Assembly: GCF_036321535.1 (NCBI RefSeq)
Contig: NC_087437.1
Location: forward strand, 69,194,001 to 69,258,000
Source: Camelus dromedarius
Taxonomy: Eukaryota
DNA: 64,000 bases
Direction: 5' to 3'
Shown here: piece by piece, positions 51,525-63,733 of the stretch
How the letters are laid out: each line of letters begins with the position of its first letter
Position numbering within the stretch: the stretch's first letter is position 1
The notes under the pieces: model-generated
The model's input: only the letters and a program-made list of their open reading frames with translations
Databases searched by the model: none
Told to the model about the DNA's origin: nothing
Program-made: the position numbers and the translations under genes

Positions 51525-51809
51525 TTCTGATGGCTTTCATACTAAATTCCTGCTCTTGTTGATTTCTTCATTGTGTATTTGTAGACTCCCTCATTTTAGC
51601 TGATGTCTCTCTCTGCCCTGTGTTTCCTCAAGTAACTCTTCTATTCCCCAAAATGTACTACAAGTGCAAAAGCTTTATGTAAATAGAGTTTTTAAAAAGG
51701 CTAGATTATAATAAAGAGGCATGGAATACAGGACATAATAAAAACATTTAAAGTTACTTTTTTTTTTTCATTTTAATTTTCTTTTTTCATCCTCACTTCA
51801 CTAATTCTA

Positions 51810-52175
51810 TGTACTAGTTCGGTAGAGCTACCATAACAAAATACCATAGGCTAGGTGTCTTAAAGTTTATTTTATGGTTCTGGAGGCTGGGAATCTATGA
51901 GCAAGGTGCTGAGGCCTCTCTTCTTGGCTTGCACATGGCTGCCTTCCTGCTCTCTCTTCACCTTGTCATTTCTCTGTGTGCACCAGCCCCTGGTGTCTTT
52001 TTCTCTTCTTATATAAGGACTCCAATCATATTGGTTAGGGACCCACTCTAAAAGCCTCATTTAAATATAATCACTTCTTTAAACGCCCTAATCTCCAAAA
52101 ATAATTACATTCTGAGGTACGTGGTTTGGAACTTCAACCTATGGATTTTGGGTGGACACAGTTCAACCCATAACA
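51810..52175 (-). mobile_element. MaLR solo LTR (MLT1A/B-like)
   Basis: TG...CA termini, ccataacaaaataccataggctaggtg, gttctggaggctgggaa, and end gacacagttcaacccataaca. 5-bp flanks ttcta/atcta fit the MaLR TSD length. Confidence 0.92.
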
Positions 52176-53029
52176 ATCTATTTCCCCTAAGATCCCAGAC
52201 TACCTGTAAGTTCCTCCTATGACCTTTTCCTCATCATTTTCTCTAGATCCCTGTGCTGCTCCATAAAACTCTTGGTCATTGTAGAGCTGCTAGAGGGCAA
52301 GCCCATGTCCCTGTATGTCATTACTTCTTGATCTCCCTTCTTTTGATAGACTTACCAGGGTGGGAGAGGGAATACAACCAGAGAGTTCCAGAAAAATATT
52401 TGCCAGAAGGTGAGAGTAATTTTCTCCTTGGAATGAGTGCCTCTATCCTTGTGGTTCAAATTGCAGCCAGTGTTGTAAATAATATTTTTCTTCCAACTGC
52501 TCTGTGTGTATCACATCCAGAGCTTTATTAAAATTATTTGCTGCATCTGTCTGCCTCAACCTGTAGGTTGTAAGGTCTTCGTAGGCAAGGCTCTGTCTTT
52601 ATTATTGTATTCCTCACAACCTCTAAGTGAAAACTTTCATATCATAGGATCTATCTTCTTTTTCCTAGCTATCTTTACGCTCATGGAAAAGCTGTGAATT
52701 TCCTTCAGTGTTAAAGACTTCGTAAAATTATTTCTTCTTCAAAACTTCAGGCTAAATTTTACACATTAGATCTTAAGCTTTGTTCTTGAATTTGTCCTTA
52801 AACACTACCTGTGTACTTCCGTTAGCACATATTACTTTATATCGAGTTCTAGAATGGTTTTTGTTGATCTTATAGCTACCTAGGTTTATCAAAAAAATAA
52901 GCATTCTTTTCTGATGAGGTAAAATTCTAGTTGGCCATGAATTTATGTTTCATCTTTTAAAATACTACCTGTTTTTGAAATTTAGGGAAGATTTGTGGCC
53001 AACCTTGGATGATTTTTTTCAATTAAATC

Positions 53030-53150
53030 ATATATAGAGATATACACATAAACATATTTACCTACATGTGTACACATATAACATGGATATATGAATGCAT
53101 ATATGTGTCTATATACACACATACATACAATTATACATATATATTACATA
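53030..53150. repeat. Degenerate (TA/CA)n low-complexity tract
   Basis: Alternating purine-pyrimidine run, e.g. atatacacacatacatacaattatacatatatattacata. Confidence 0.7.
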
Positions 53151-55418
53151 AGTCTTGAAAATACAATTGGTTTTCTAGGAATAATCCCATTTTTAATGTT
53201 CTGACTTCTGTTTGTGATGACCAAAGCTTTTGCTACTTCTCTGAAAAACAACCCCACAATTAATAGAAGTACTGACCTGTCTTGATGAGGCATTCAGTCA
53301 CTAATGGTTCCTTTACTGTGCGATACTCACAGGTAGTAAATCCTATTAAAAGTGTCCAACATGATCGTAGGCATTGTTTTTCCTTTAGATTTGAGTGCTA
53401 AGAAGCCTATTTGACTAGAGCCACCTTCTCTAAACTATTCATCTTTTACAGGAAGCTTATAAAGTACATTCAGAACCAGGCTAAATACTGTTTACCTAAC
53501 TTTGAGCATGTTTTATTGAACAAACCTAAATTAATTTCCCTCTAGTTGGTCTCTTACTTTGACTAGAATCTAGATAATCACTGTCAGTTACAGAGATTTG
53601 TTATAATCTCAACTCCATTTTTTTCTGTATTTAAAAATATACATGTCCTCTGAGATACGAGTGAGCTACATAAGTATTAACAAAAGAGTTTTTGAGGGGC
53701 TTACAGAAGAGTCAACATGATTCCTGCCCACTCTTGGCAATCACCTCTTTTGGAGTTATGAGTGTAAAGTTGCCTTCAGTTCTGTTTTGCTGTGTATTAG
53801 CATGGTTTTAACTTGTCAGGAGAGGTTCTCCACCTCCTCTGTGCACAACTGCAGAAGAACACTGTAGGCATCCCTCTGAGCCTTTACCAGTGCTCTTCTC
53901 ACACTATCAATTAAATGAGAAATATTATTACAGCATTTAAATGAAGCTATCAAGCAACTTAATATTTTCCACCCACCTGCATTTACCAAAAGCAATTTTG
54001 CTCCCACTCACTCACCTGCCACTCATGTCCTTAGGTTAAGAGAATGTGCATTTGTACTTACAGACCAGCATATTCTGAGATGGCATATAGTCACAGTCAT
54101 TAAGCCTGGAAGGAATGTGTGAGGAAACAAAGATAAGAGAAACAGAGAGTAATTACTCTAGCTTGTAAGCAGTAGGGTTTCATATGAAATAACAGGAAAG
54201 GTAAGAAAAGGGATAATTGTAAAAAAAAAAAAAAAAGGGAAAGAAATACCGTGTTCAGAGATGAAGAAACTTATGTCAGAAAGAAATAGATTTGATAGAA
54301 AGTGAGGAAATAAAATGGATACATAGACATAAGATATAGTTAAATCTTAATGTCTTTGTAATGGATGGTTGTCTGATTTCTCTTTTTGTGATTTATGATG
54401 TATTTAGCACACTCATACTCCATGTCCAGCTTGGGAAATAGATCAGTGGCACTATATTGAAGATGCCAGTGGTTGTGATTTCTCTAGTTTAAGTCCTCAG
54501 CTACACATATTCAAGAAATACAGGATTTTATTGGGCTATGCCCTTACCTTTGATTCTTCTAATGAAAGGATACAATTATCTTACTCTTAATCTAATCAGT
54601 TGCTAGTGAACAGGTTGTTAACATCTAATGTGCCAGTTGGAAATGTTAGGTAAGACATAGGAGTAATTGTTTCAGGTACAAGATGTGCCAGCTGCCTTAT
54701 TCCCAAAGTCTGGCAGATCAAATCAATCCACCCCTCCCCCACATTCTTATTTTTGTGATGGGCTAGGCAATGACTCAAGGAGACAAGATGTGGTGTAATT
54801 GATAAGAAAGATTCAAAATATATTATGATATGACAAAGCAAATAGGTATTTGACTTTGGTACCTAGAATTATTCCCTAATCCCAACCACCATTATTAAGG
54901 CCAAGCAGGGAGGGTAAACCTTATAAGCACAGAATCGATCTACCATTTCTGAACTTCTAGCCCTTAACACCAAGTAGCTATGTATCAATAAATGTTTTTC
55001 TAAATTAATAAATGAGGAAATGCATTGCTTCTCAGGTACTTCATCCAAACCTTCTTGGAGATTATATGCCTGGATTTCTTTGATCCTTTGAAGTTTTCCT
55101 CCATGTTTTCTTAAAACTTTTTATTCATTTATGTAAAAACATATGTAGGAAGATATTGAATGACAATTCTATGTGCAGATAAATATGAATGGCCATTTAA
55201 AGACACAGTGATAAATAGTCTGTGTAGTCAGTGTCAAAAACTATTGCTGGAAAAATACACTGATTCTCATTGCTTGTCAATCCTAGTCTTCACCTTCATG
55301 AAAAGTTGACAAGTTGTAGAAAGAGATGCTTTTCACAGAAGTGAGATTCTGACCTCAAGGAAATCCAGTCTGTTTTGGCCCACTTCATTAGAAAAACAAC
55401 AATGAAAAAAAAGTTTAC

Positions 55419-55911
55419 CACAGTAGGACCTTGTTGTTTATCTATTTTGTACTTAGTAGTTTGTATCTGCTAATCCCAAACTCCTAATTTATCCATCCCC
55501 TCCCCTTTTCCCCTTTGAAAACCAAAAGTTTGTTTTCTATGTCCATGAGTCCATTTCTGTTTTGTAAATAAGTTCATTTGTGTCATTTTTTTTTTAAGAT
55601 TCCACATGTAAGTGATACTGTATGATATTTGTCTTTCTCTGTCTATGTTACTTCACTTAGTATGATAATATCTAGGTCCATCCATGTTGCTGCAAGTGGC
55701 ATTATTTCATTTTTTATGGCTGAGTAATATTCACACACACACACACACACCAGGGTCCTACTGTATGGGACAGGGAATTATATTCAATAGTTTGTAATAA
55801 CTATAATGAAAAAGAATATGAAAAAGAATATATAATACATATATAACTGAATCACTATACTATATACCAGAAACTAATACAACATTGTAAATCAACTATA
55901 CTTCAATTAAG
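55419..55911 (+). mobile_element. 5'-inverted (twin-primed) L1 3' end
   Basis: Antisense arm 55419-55731, (CA)n 55732-55750, sense arm 55751-55910 ending tgtaaatcaactatacttcaattaa. TSD aaaaagtttac at 55408-55418 and 55912-55922. Confidence 0.92.
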
Positions 55912-56248
55912 AAAAAGTTTACTTCAAGTAAACTGCAGGTTTATTCTGCAGGATATTGTCTTAGAACTCACCATCCTAAGGACTGAATCTAAGGAGACTC
56001 TCATTGAATTCCTGCCTCCAAGTTCTATTCCCTAGTGTTTTACTTTCCTAAGGCCTAAGTGTTCAAGTCCCACCCCAAAGCTGCTTAAGAGCATAGCTAT
56101 GTAGTGTTTATACAATGTAGGTACTTAGAGCTAGGTCGACCTCTGACACCTGTTCTGTATTACCAAGACGATATGATTGGTCTGACACAGGGTGATCCCA
56201 TGGTGCTGTGTTGAAGAGAGGCCAAAACTATATATCTTTATTATTTTT

Positions 56249-56394
56249 TAATACCTTTATTGTGGTATAATTCCTATACAGTAAACCACACATATTTCAG
56301 ATATACAATTTGCTGAATTTTGATAGATGTATACACCTATGAAACCACCACCACAGTCAAGATAGCTAACATTTCCATCACTCCCCAAGAGGTC
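56249..56394 (-). mobile_element. Short L1M-type 3' terminus
   Basis: ctttattgtggtataatt...gaaaccaccaccacagtcaagatagctaacatttccatcactccc. 14-bp flanks tctttattattttt (56235-56248) / tctctattattttt (56395-56408). Confidence 0.85.
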
Positions 56395-57433
56395 TCTCTA
56401 TTATTTTTGCCATTAGAAAAGCTTTAGCCTCTTGATTCTTTGTGTTTATATCATACCAAAAATTATATTCTTTTAGGACCCATTAGTTCAAGGGGAAATG
56501 ATCTTTACACAATAATTGATGGATTAATTAATTAACTAATTAAAATGTATTTTATACATAATGTAAATGTACTTTAGCAAAGAAGAGAACTACTAAACTC
56601 GAAAGTATTATGTATCATAGTCTCTGTTCTCAAAAATTTTAAAATATAACTTGAAATGTGATATTTTATAGTAACTACCATTGAAAGGCTCAAATAAACC
56701 AAAATTTCTTTCATGGAAGCTAAATTTTCTTTAGTATGGCAAAAGAACTTTTATACATGGTAAGATATCAAAGGCAGATGGGCAGATATTTGAACATAAT
56801 CCAAAGTCTATAACTGGACTATTTACTTCTTTACATCCTACATAACTACAGAAGTACTCTCTGGTGGGGAAGAATAATTACCAAATACATTTTTCAAATC
56901 CCTGTTTGTTTTATTAACAATTCTTAGCTTTATATTTGAACATATTACTAGTTTTAAAATTATACCGAAGCCATAGCACCTATCATTAAAATATAATATG
57001 TGAACGCCTCACATTTTTATTTCATAGTAGGAACTTTTATTCAGTCAACATTTTTGTATAGAAACAAGTCTGCATAAAGACAGAATGTCTTTCATCTAAT
57101 ACATCACTCTTGTCAGAGTTTAAAAAAGCATTCCAGCTGGTGAATTTATTATTGTATTCTAGCACTGAGCATAACTAATGGGCTTCATTTTTTTTATTCT
57201 CCCATCAGATGTAACTTGGCATAACGAGGCTGACTTTCCTTCCAAATGTGGGGACGATCTTAGGCTTCTGTGCCATTTCTTTTGTGTATCCTTGTGATTG
57301 AGATTAGTGTCTTATTCTTAAGGCATCTAGACCCTTATCATCCAACAACCCTCCTATAGTCATATATCCTCACACATGAGCTCCCTGCTGGAGTCCAGCA
57401 AATACCTACAACTGAATGCAGACCCACACCGAA

Positions 57434-57896
57434 TGAAGGGATTTGGCCTGCCAGCATCCATTTTTCTTTATTCTTGTAAAAACGGCTAGCTTTCTCTTTG
57501 GGGAATTGTCACCCCTGCATTCCACCTGTTGCTATTTAGGCTGTGAAACATGGAGCCTTCTCAGTCTTGATTAGGGGGACTGGACCCAACAACTCTTCTC
57601 AGCGTTTTGAATATGGAGTATGCTGGCAGCGCAGGAGTATGGAGCAGGATGGGAAGTGATTGGAACTCATGCATCCTGGAGAGACCTAAGGAGACCCTCC
57701 ATGGGTTTCTGCCTGCACATTCTCTGAAGCTTCCTTAGTATTTTACTTTCCTTGAGGCCTGGGTGTTCAACTTTTTTTTTTTTTTTAATTCTCTGTCTTA
57801 TCTTGTGAAGCCAGTCAGTTCTATTTTTCTTTCCCCCTTATGTTACCCCTAGTGGAAATTTTCTGTTGCTTTCAACGAAGAACGTAAACTGATATA
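57434..57896 (+). mobile_element. Old MLT1/ERVL-type LTR
   Basis: End ttctgttgctttcaacgaagaacgtaaactgatata resembles late-MLT1 3' termini; start tgaagggatttggcctgccagcatccatt. Confidence 0.55.
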
Positions 57897-60299
57897 AAAA
57901 TTTTTTTAGATTGTGTTTTCAGGGTTTATTTATTATTTATTTATATTAACTTTGGAACAAGATCATTGGGCCCAGTAGTTGTAAAGCTTATCTAAAAATC
58001 CATGCAACATATATATAAAATTGGTCTTTTAAAAAAACCCATCCAGTTTGCAACTTGACCATCTCTTTGAGGATTGTACTTGGTACAGGAACATTTCATT
58101 TTATTGTCTTGTAGTGTACTGGGTGAATTATGTTTTTAAATTGCTAGATTGGGCTTTTCTGAATGATTTAGTTACCACTTTACATGGTTTGGGATTATCT
58201 GCTTTATTCCTTAAACCTGTAAGTGTTGTCCATTATGAATATTTGAAATAATCTCAGCAGGATACTCATTGTCTTTTCTGAACTTGAAAAGACTTTGATT
58301 TCATGAAGTCTCCAGTGATTTCACAAAAGATTCGTATTTGTCAAAGAAAATTCTGGTAATTTACTTTTCAGGGAAAATGTTGAAAAGAATTACTTTTTAA
58401 TAAAATATAACCAATTTTTCCATTTAATTACACAGAGATTAATTAAATGAGTGAAATCTGCTTTTATCTCATTATAAAATTACAGTTTTCAGCATTAACT
58501 CTAAAAAGTAATATCGAGTAGTCAGACCTAGTGATCATGTTTGGCAATTTGATGATGTTGCTGTGAGGTTACATAAAGGCCTAATTGATTAGGTCTATAA
58601 TCATAATAAACTGACTTTCTATGGAAATAAAATTTAAAAATATATTTTCATATAGTAAGTCCTAATCAGAAGGAATGCTTATTTTTTTTCAAAACAAGAA
58701 TTATCTTAAAAGAAAATGCAAAGCAGACTATATGAATTTGTTTGTTTTCTCATTGCAGCTGTTACTCAGATCTTAAAATTCAGAATCTACATGCACATAT
58801 ACATGTGGAAAACAAATCTGTGCTGAACCCAAGTTATCTTTATACAGTGGATTTCATTTTATAAAATCAATAGCTAGTAGAGTCAGCTACTTATTTGAAT
58901 TAATATAGAAGCCAGTTATATATTATTACATGAGAAACCAACAACATCCACAGTGGAATGCTGAGAAATTAGTCACATTTAGATGTAAGTCTTATGTGCA
59001 TTTACTCAGTCTTCTGAATCCTCTCTTCCTCAAGAAATATTACACAGACACACATACACAGAGCACTTTTCCTGAAGCCTTAGAAGTCTGTGGCTTTCTT
59101 TCCCCATCTTCCCTTACAGAATTTCAAGACCATTGATGGTGCCCTCAGTGTCTACAGGGCTCCATTTCCTTGGAGAATGCATGGATACTAGATATATTTC
59201 CTCTGGCAGACCCTAAGGCAACCACTGTAAAATTATGCATGCCCATGAAATGCTCAATTCAGCTTTAAACTTGTAGGATCTTTTCAAGCCCTCTGAGAGC
59301 TAACATTTTATTTTATCATTCTGTGATCTAGGTACAAGGAAATGTTTAAGCACCTTCATTGCCAAGGAAGAGCCACGGGAGCTATGATTCTATCAACCCA
59401 ACAAAGGCTAACTCATAGCAAGATATTTGATAATTAGCAGAACTGTGGCTCAGACAGGAGTGGAGACAGCTATGCCTGGAATGGCTAGAGCTCCTGGTCA
59501 ATGTGTTTCTGAAAAGGCGGTTACAATAGGATACGGGCTGAGAGGCAGGTAGCGTCAGCAAAGTCTGCAGGTTGCATCCAGGTATTTGATCCTAGGCATG
59601 GCTGCTTTGGATTTTGATCCAAGGATGGTCTTAGGAAGGATCCGGGATGTATGACTGGGAGGGACAGAATAATCACTTAATTTCAGAATTTGGGTATGAA
59701 GGTGAAGCAAGACCAACTATTCTGTTAGCTCAGATTCCTTGGAATGTTCCCTGGTCAGTGTTAAATGTAAATGTTGGTGTTAAGTGGTTCCAGCTTAAAG
59801 GTTAAAGGAAAGGTGGGAAGAGTTCTAACAGATCCTGATAATACTGTTTTCAGCCGAACTCTGTTAGTGATATTCTAGCTGTTAAGTTCAGAAAAAAATA
59901 AACCATTGAATGGATCTGCAGTTGAGGTATTTTAGAAGCTCTTCTACAGTGATTTTTATGAACTTTCTCCTAATTGAATCATTTGGTTAATAGTCTCAAA
60001 TTATTATTTCCTGAAGTGGGTCTCATCATGTATAATCCACTGCTTATGTGAATATGCACTTATCTGTAAACTTTCAGTGGAATTTACATAACTAAGACAT
60101 TCCATTGTATTAAAATATGGCATGGAAAATGAATTTTATGACTTATTACATAATGTCCCGATACCCACACTTATCCGCGTTTCCTCTTCTCCCATCTTTG
60201 TATTGTCACTGGGCTGGATAGTAGCAGAAGGAGGTATGTTTTATTCTAATTTCAGCTTAATTTTAAAGATTCATATATAACAATGCAATTTAGTGCCAA

Positions 60300-60490
60300 A
60301 TTGTAGTGTCCTCTACATGCACTGGATTGTCTAAGGAGCTGTGGAAAAACCCACATTGTGGGAAGACTTGATCCCTGCCTTCAAGGTGTGTACAGTCCTG
60401 TTAAGGAAATAAAACTTGTGACCATGAAGCAATTAAATAACAATACCAAGACAGTTTATAATAAAGTGCTAAATTAAATATCATCAAGTA
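60300..60490 (-). mobile_element. L2 fragment
   Basis: aagacttgatccctgccttcaaggtgtgtacagtc. Confidence 0.5.
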
Positions 60491-63267
60491 CCATAATTAT
60501 ATGGTTCAAACTCTAACTCTTATGGGCAGAACTAGCCTGAGTTAATTGATCATTTTGAATAATTCAGCAAGAGTAGAGGAATATAATTTATCTTTGTCTT
60601 AATTTTCCCAGTTAGGTCACCCAACCCTTTTTATAACTTAATCACATTCCCAGGCGTATGGCATTATTAACCCTCATTTCCTCTGGTTTGCCTGCAGCTA
60701 CATCTCTGTCTCAGTAGCCTTATGTTTTCACTGAAGTATCATACCCAGGTTAACCAGAGGTCAGACTAGAACTAATCACCACCATCCAGAAAGTATTTTG
60801 ACCACAATAACAAGTAGTCAAGACTCTGAGGGTACAGAGCCCGGCTGAATGAATTTTAGAAAGTGAACTATATTCATAATCTTAACCAGGTTGGAAATGA
60901 AATTATTCCAAATCCTATAAAAAGGTGCAAGCATTTCTGTGTGTAACTAATGACAGAGGGAAAAAACTAAACAAACTTAGGACAGGGTTTGAGTCAGTCC
61001 TCACTGGGACAAATAACCTATGTATATACACTAAGAGACCCCATGAAAGTCCTTTTACTGCATCGTATAAGGCAGTAAAACAGTTGATGCTTGCTGGAAT
61101 GGAATATTTGTGGACTAAAAAAAATAATTAATTGATGTATTTTATAATTAGTTACAAGAAAAACTATTAAAACGAAAGCACGTGTTAGTGATTAAAGAGA
61201 TAGTTATTTGAATGTTTTACTTTCAGGCAAACCACAGTCTCTGGAGAAGCGAGATAAAGGAAGTCTGTATTTTTATTTAACAGAATATTTCCATATTAGA
61301 CCTTAAAACGTCAAAGGAGATTTATTTAATGACCCACCGTTAGAGCTGTCTCTAGCTCACATTATAAACAAGGCTGGTTCGCCTTTTCCCACTCCTGTCC
61401 TCACCTGTGCCTCTGTTGCTGGTTCTCAGTTTCTCTTTGCACTGCCCTCCACGAGGGACCCCTGGCTCCCCACCAAACACTCCCATTCCACTTGGCCTTG
61501 ACTGAAAAGTCTTGTGCTCTGAAACTGTCTCACCTCCTTTCCCATCCCAGCTCTCTCTGTACACATTATCAGAACCTTATTCTCATCCAGATATTTTGAT
61601 AACCAACTCCACATTCATGTTAAGTGGTTTTTAAAGAGTCCCCTCTGTTGAAAATTAACCTTAATGGTGGAAATGTCAGAGAAGTCAGGATCTTTTAGGA
61701 CAGGTGGAACTTTTTGCTTAAATACCTAGAGTAGAGGTCTGCATTCTCTGAGTGTACATCTGGGGAAGCCTGATTAACCTTTTAAGCAAATTACAGCACT
61801 GATGAAAAATCATTTTGTGAGGTCTAAAGGGTTAGCTAAAATCGCCTCTGACTTCATCGCCCATATGTCATGCTCTGTTACCTGAAAGAAGATAATATCC
61901 ACATGTTGCCGATATTGGTATATTGAAATAAGGAGCTAGTTGGTGTTTGTCCCTGAGAAGAAATGAGATAATGTCTTTGTTTGGCTTCTGGTTAGTACTG
62001 CTCTTGAACATTTCAAGAGCTCCACATGTAAATACCTAAATCCCGAGTGAGCCAGAGCGGCCAGTTAGGAGGGAATGGTACCGGACAGCAGTAGCATCTT
62101 TCACGTTTTCAGCAGCAACGCAGATAAAAAGACCACAGCTTTGGGGGCTGTGCTTCTATTTATCTAATGAGTTCATCACTGCCACCCATTCTTAGTTTTC
62201 AGTGGCGTATTCTTCTAATCAATAGAAAATGTCCATTTAGTCCAGGCTGAGGAGCTCTGTTTCTATGCAGTTGAGAAAGGGCATAATCACACATCATGTG
62301 AGAGCTAGGGATGGACGGGTACACATGTGAATATGGTGCTGACTCTGGAAAATTCTTTAGGATCCCTTCCTGACACAGCAAAGGCCAACCCTTTCTGCAT
62401 TTCCCTTGTCAGGTGCTGAAGCCAGCTTTCCATTATTCAGAGGCTGAGGCCTCTGAGGTGTCCTCATTCTGTTTCTTCTCCCTTCAGATGTTTAGCTTTT
62501 GATCATTTGCCTGTTTCACCCCACTGGAGGGTGGGGTACAGAGAAGAAACAAAGGCACATTTCAAACTAATCATCAATTGTATGGTGTGAAGGACACGGC
62601 AGGTGTGCTGCCTTCACTGTCAGTACTGTGGCTCTTTTTTATACTCTCCTCCCCCAAGTCAACTCCCACATCCTTCCTTCCTTTATGGAACTGTTTCCAC
62701 AGACTCTCAGGCAGGCTTCAGGTCTAAAGAGGAAACGTCTTTACAAAAAGTACTGAGCATGTTCTTTAGGTAAATTCATTGAATACAAATTGGTGTCCAG
62801 TATGCATTGTCGGCAATTAAAATGTGTGTGCCCTCAACCAACATTTGACCTCTGTTGGCCTCAGTTGCCTTATCTGCCAAACCCTGGAGAGTACTTGTGT
62901 GATACCTGGACACGTTAATATTTCAGTTCCGCCTGTGTTTACTGAGCACCTACTATGCGCGGTGTCAGGAAATATATTAATCTGAATTTTGGTATTTCCC
63001 ATCCCTCCATTTACTTCTTCTTTGCTCTAATTTGCTTAATTTTAATGTCAAAAGTAACATTTGTACCAATAAAATATGAAAAGAAGACTTTCATAACCTT
63101 CCTTACCCTTGACCCCTCCCCATCTCGATCCTTCCTGAAGTTAGTGAACTTAATACTGTGGTATATTCTCTATTATGTTTCTTCATGTTCATACAAAATA
63201 TACAAACATATACACATGATCAGAAAACATAGAAATATACTTTACTTTTCACCTCTTTTAGGATTCT

Positions 63268-63570
63268 GCTCAAATATCTCTTTTTCCCCTGAGAGATACG
63301 TCCTAATCACCCTATTTAAAATTAGGATTCCTCCAACCACCATTGCCTCCTAAGGTGCTCCCAATGTGTAACCACACTGCTTGATTTTTTTTTCCCTCCA
63401 GCATTTATCATCATCAGACATACTATATGTTTTGTTTTTTTGTGGGCCCCTCTCCACTAGAATGTAAGCTTCTTGAGGGTCACATTTTGTGTCTGTTTTT
63501 ATTACCACTGTAATTCAGTGCTATAATAGTGTCTGGCCGTCAGTGCTCCAAAATTATTTGTAGAACAATT
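63268..63570 (+). mobile_element. L2 (L2a-like) 3' end
   Basis: caccctatttaaaatt...ctccactagaatgtaagcttcttgaggg...tgtgtctgtttt...atagtgtctggc...gtgctccaaaattatttg. Confidence 0.8.
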
Positions 63571-63582
63571 ATTTGGTTATTT

Positions 63583-63733
63583 TCTTTTGTTTTTAATTTT
63601 TTTTCTTTTGGGGAGGGAAGTAATTAGGTTTATTTATTACTTATTTATTTTTTAGTGGAGGGACTGGGGATTGAACCCAGGACCTTGTGCATGCTGAGCA
63701 GACACTCTACCATTGAGCTATAACCTTTACCCT
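63583..63733 (-). mobile_element. tRNA-derived SINE, camelid Vic-1-like
   Basis: Reverse complement reads tagctcaatggtagagtgtctgctcagcatgcacaaggtcctgggttcaatccccagt...aaataaacctaattacttccctcccc, the same family as 36817-36947. Flanks tatttggtt / tattttggtt. Confidence 0.9.
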
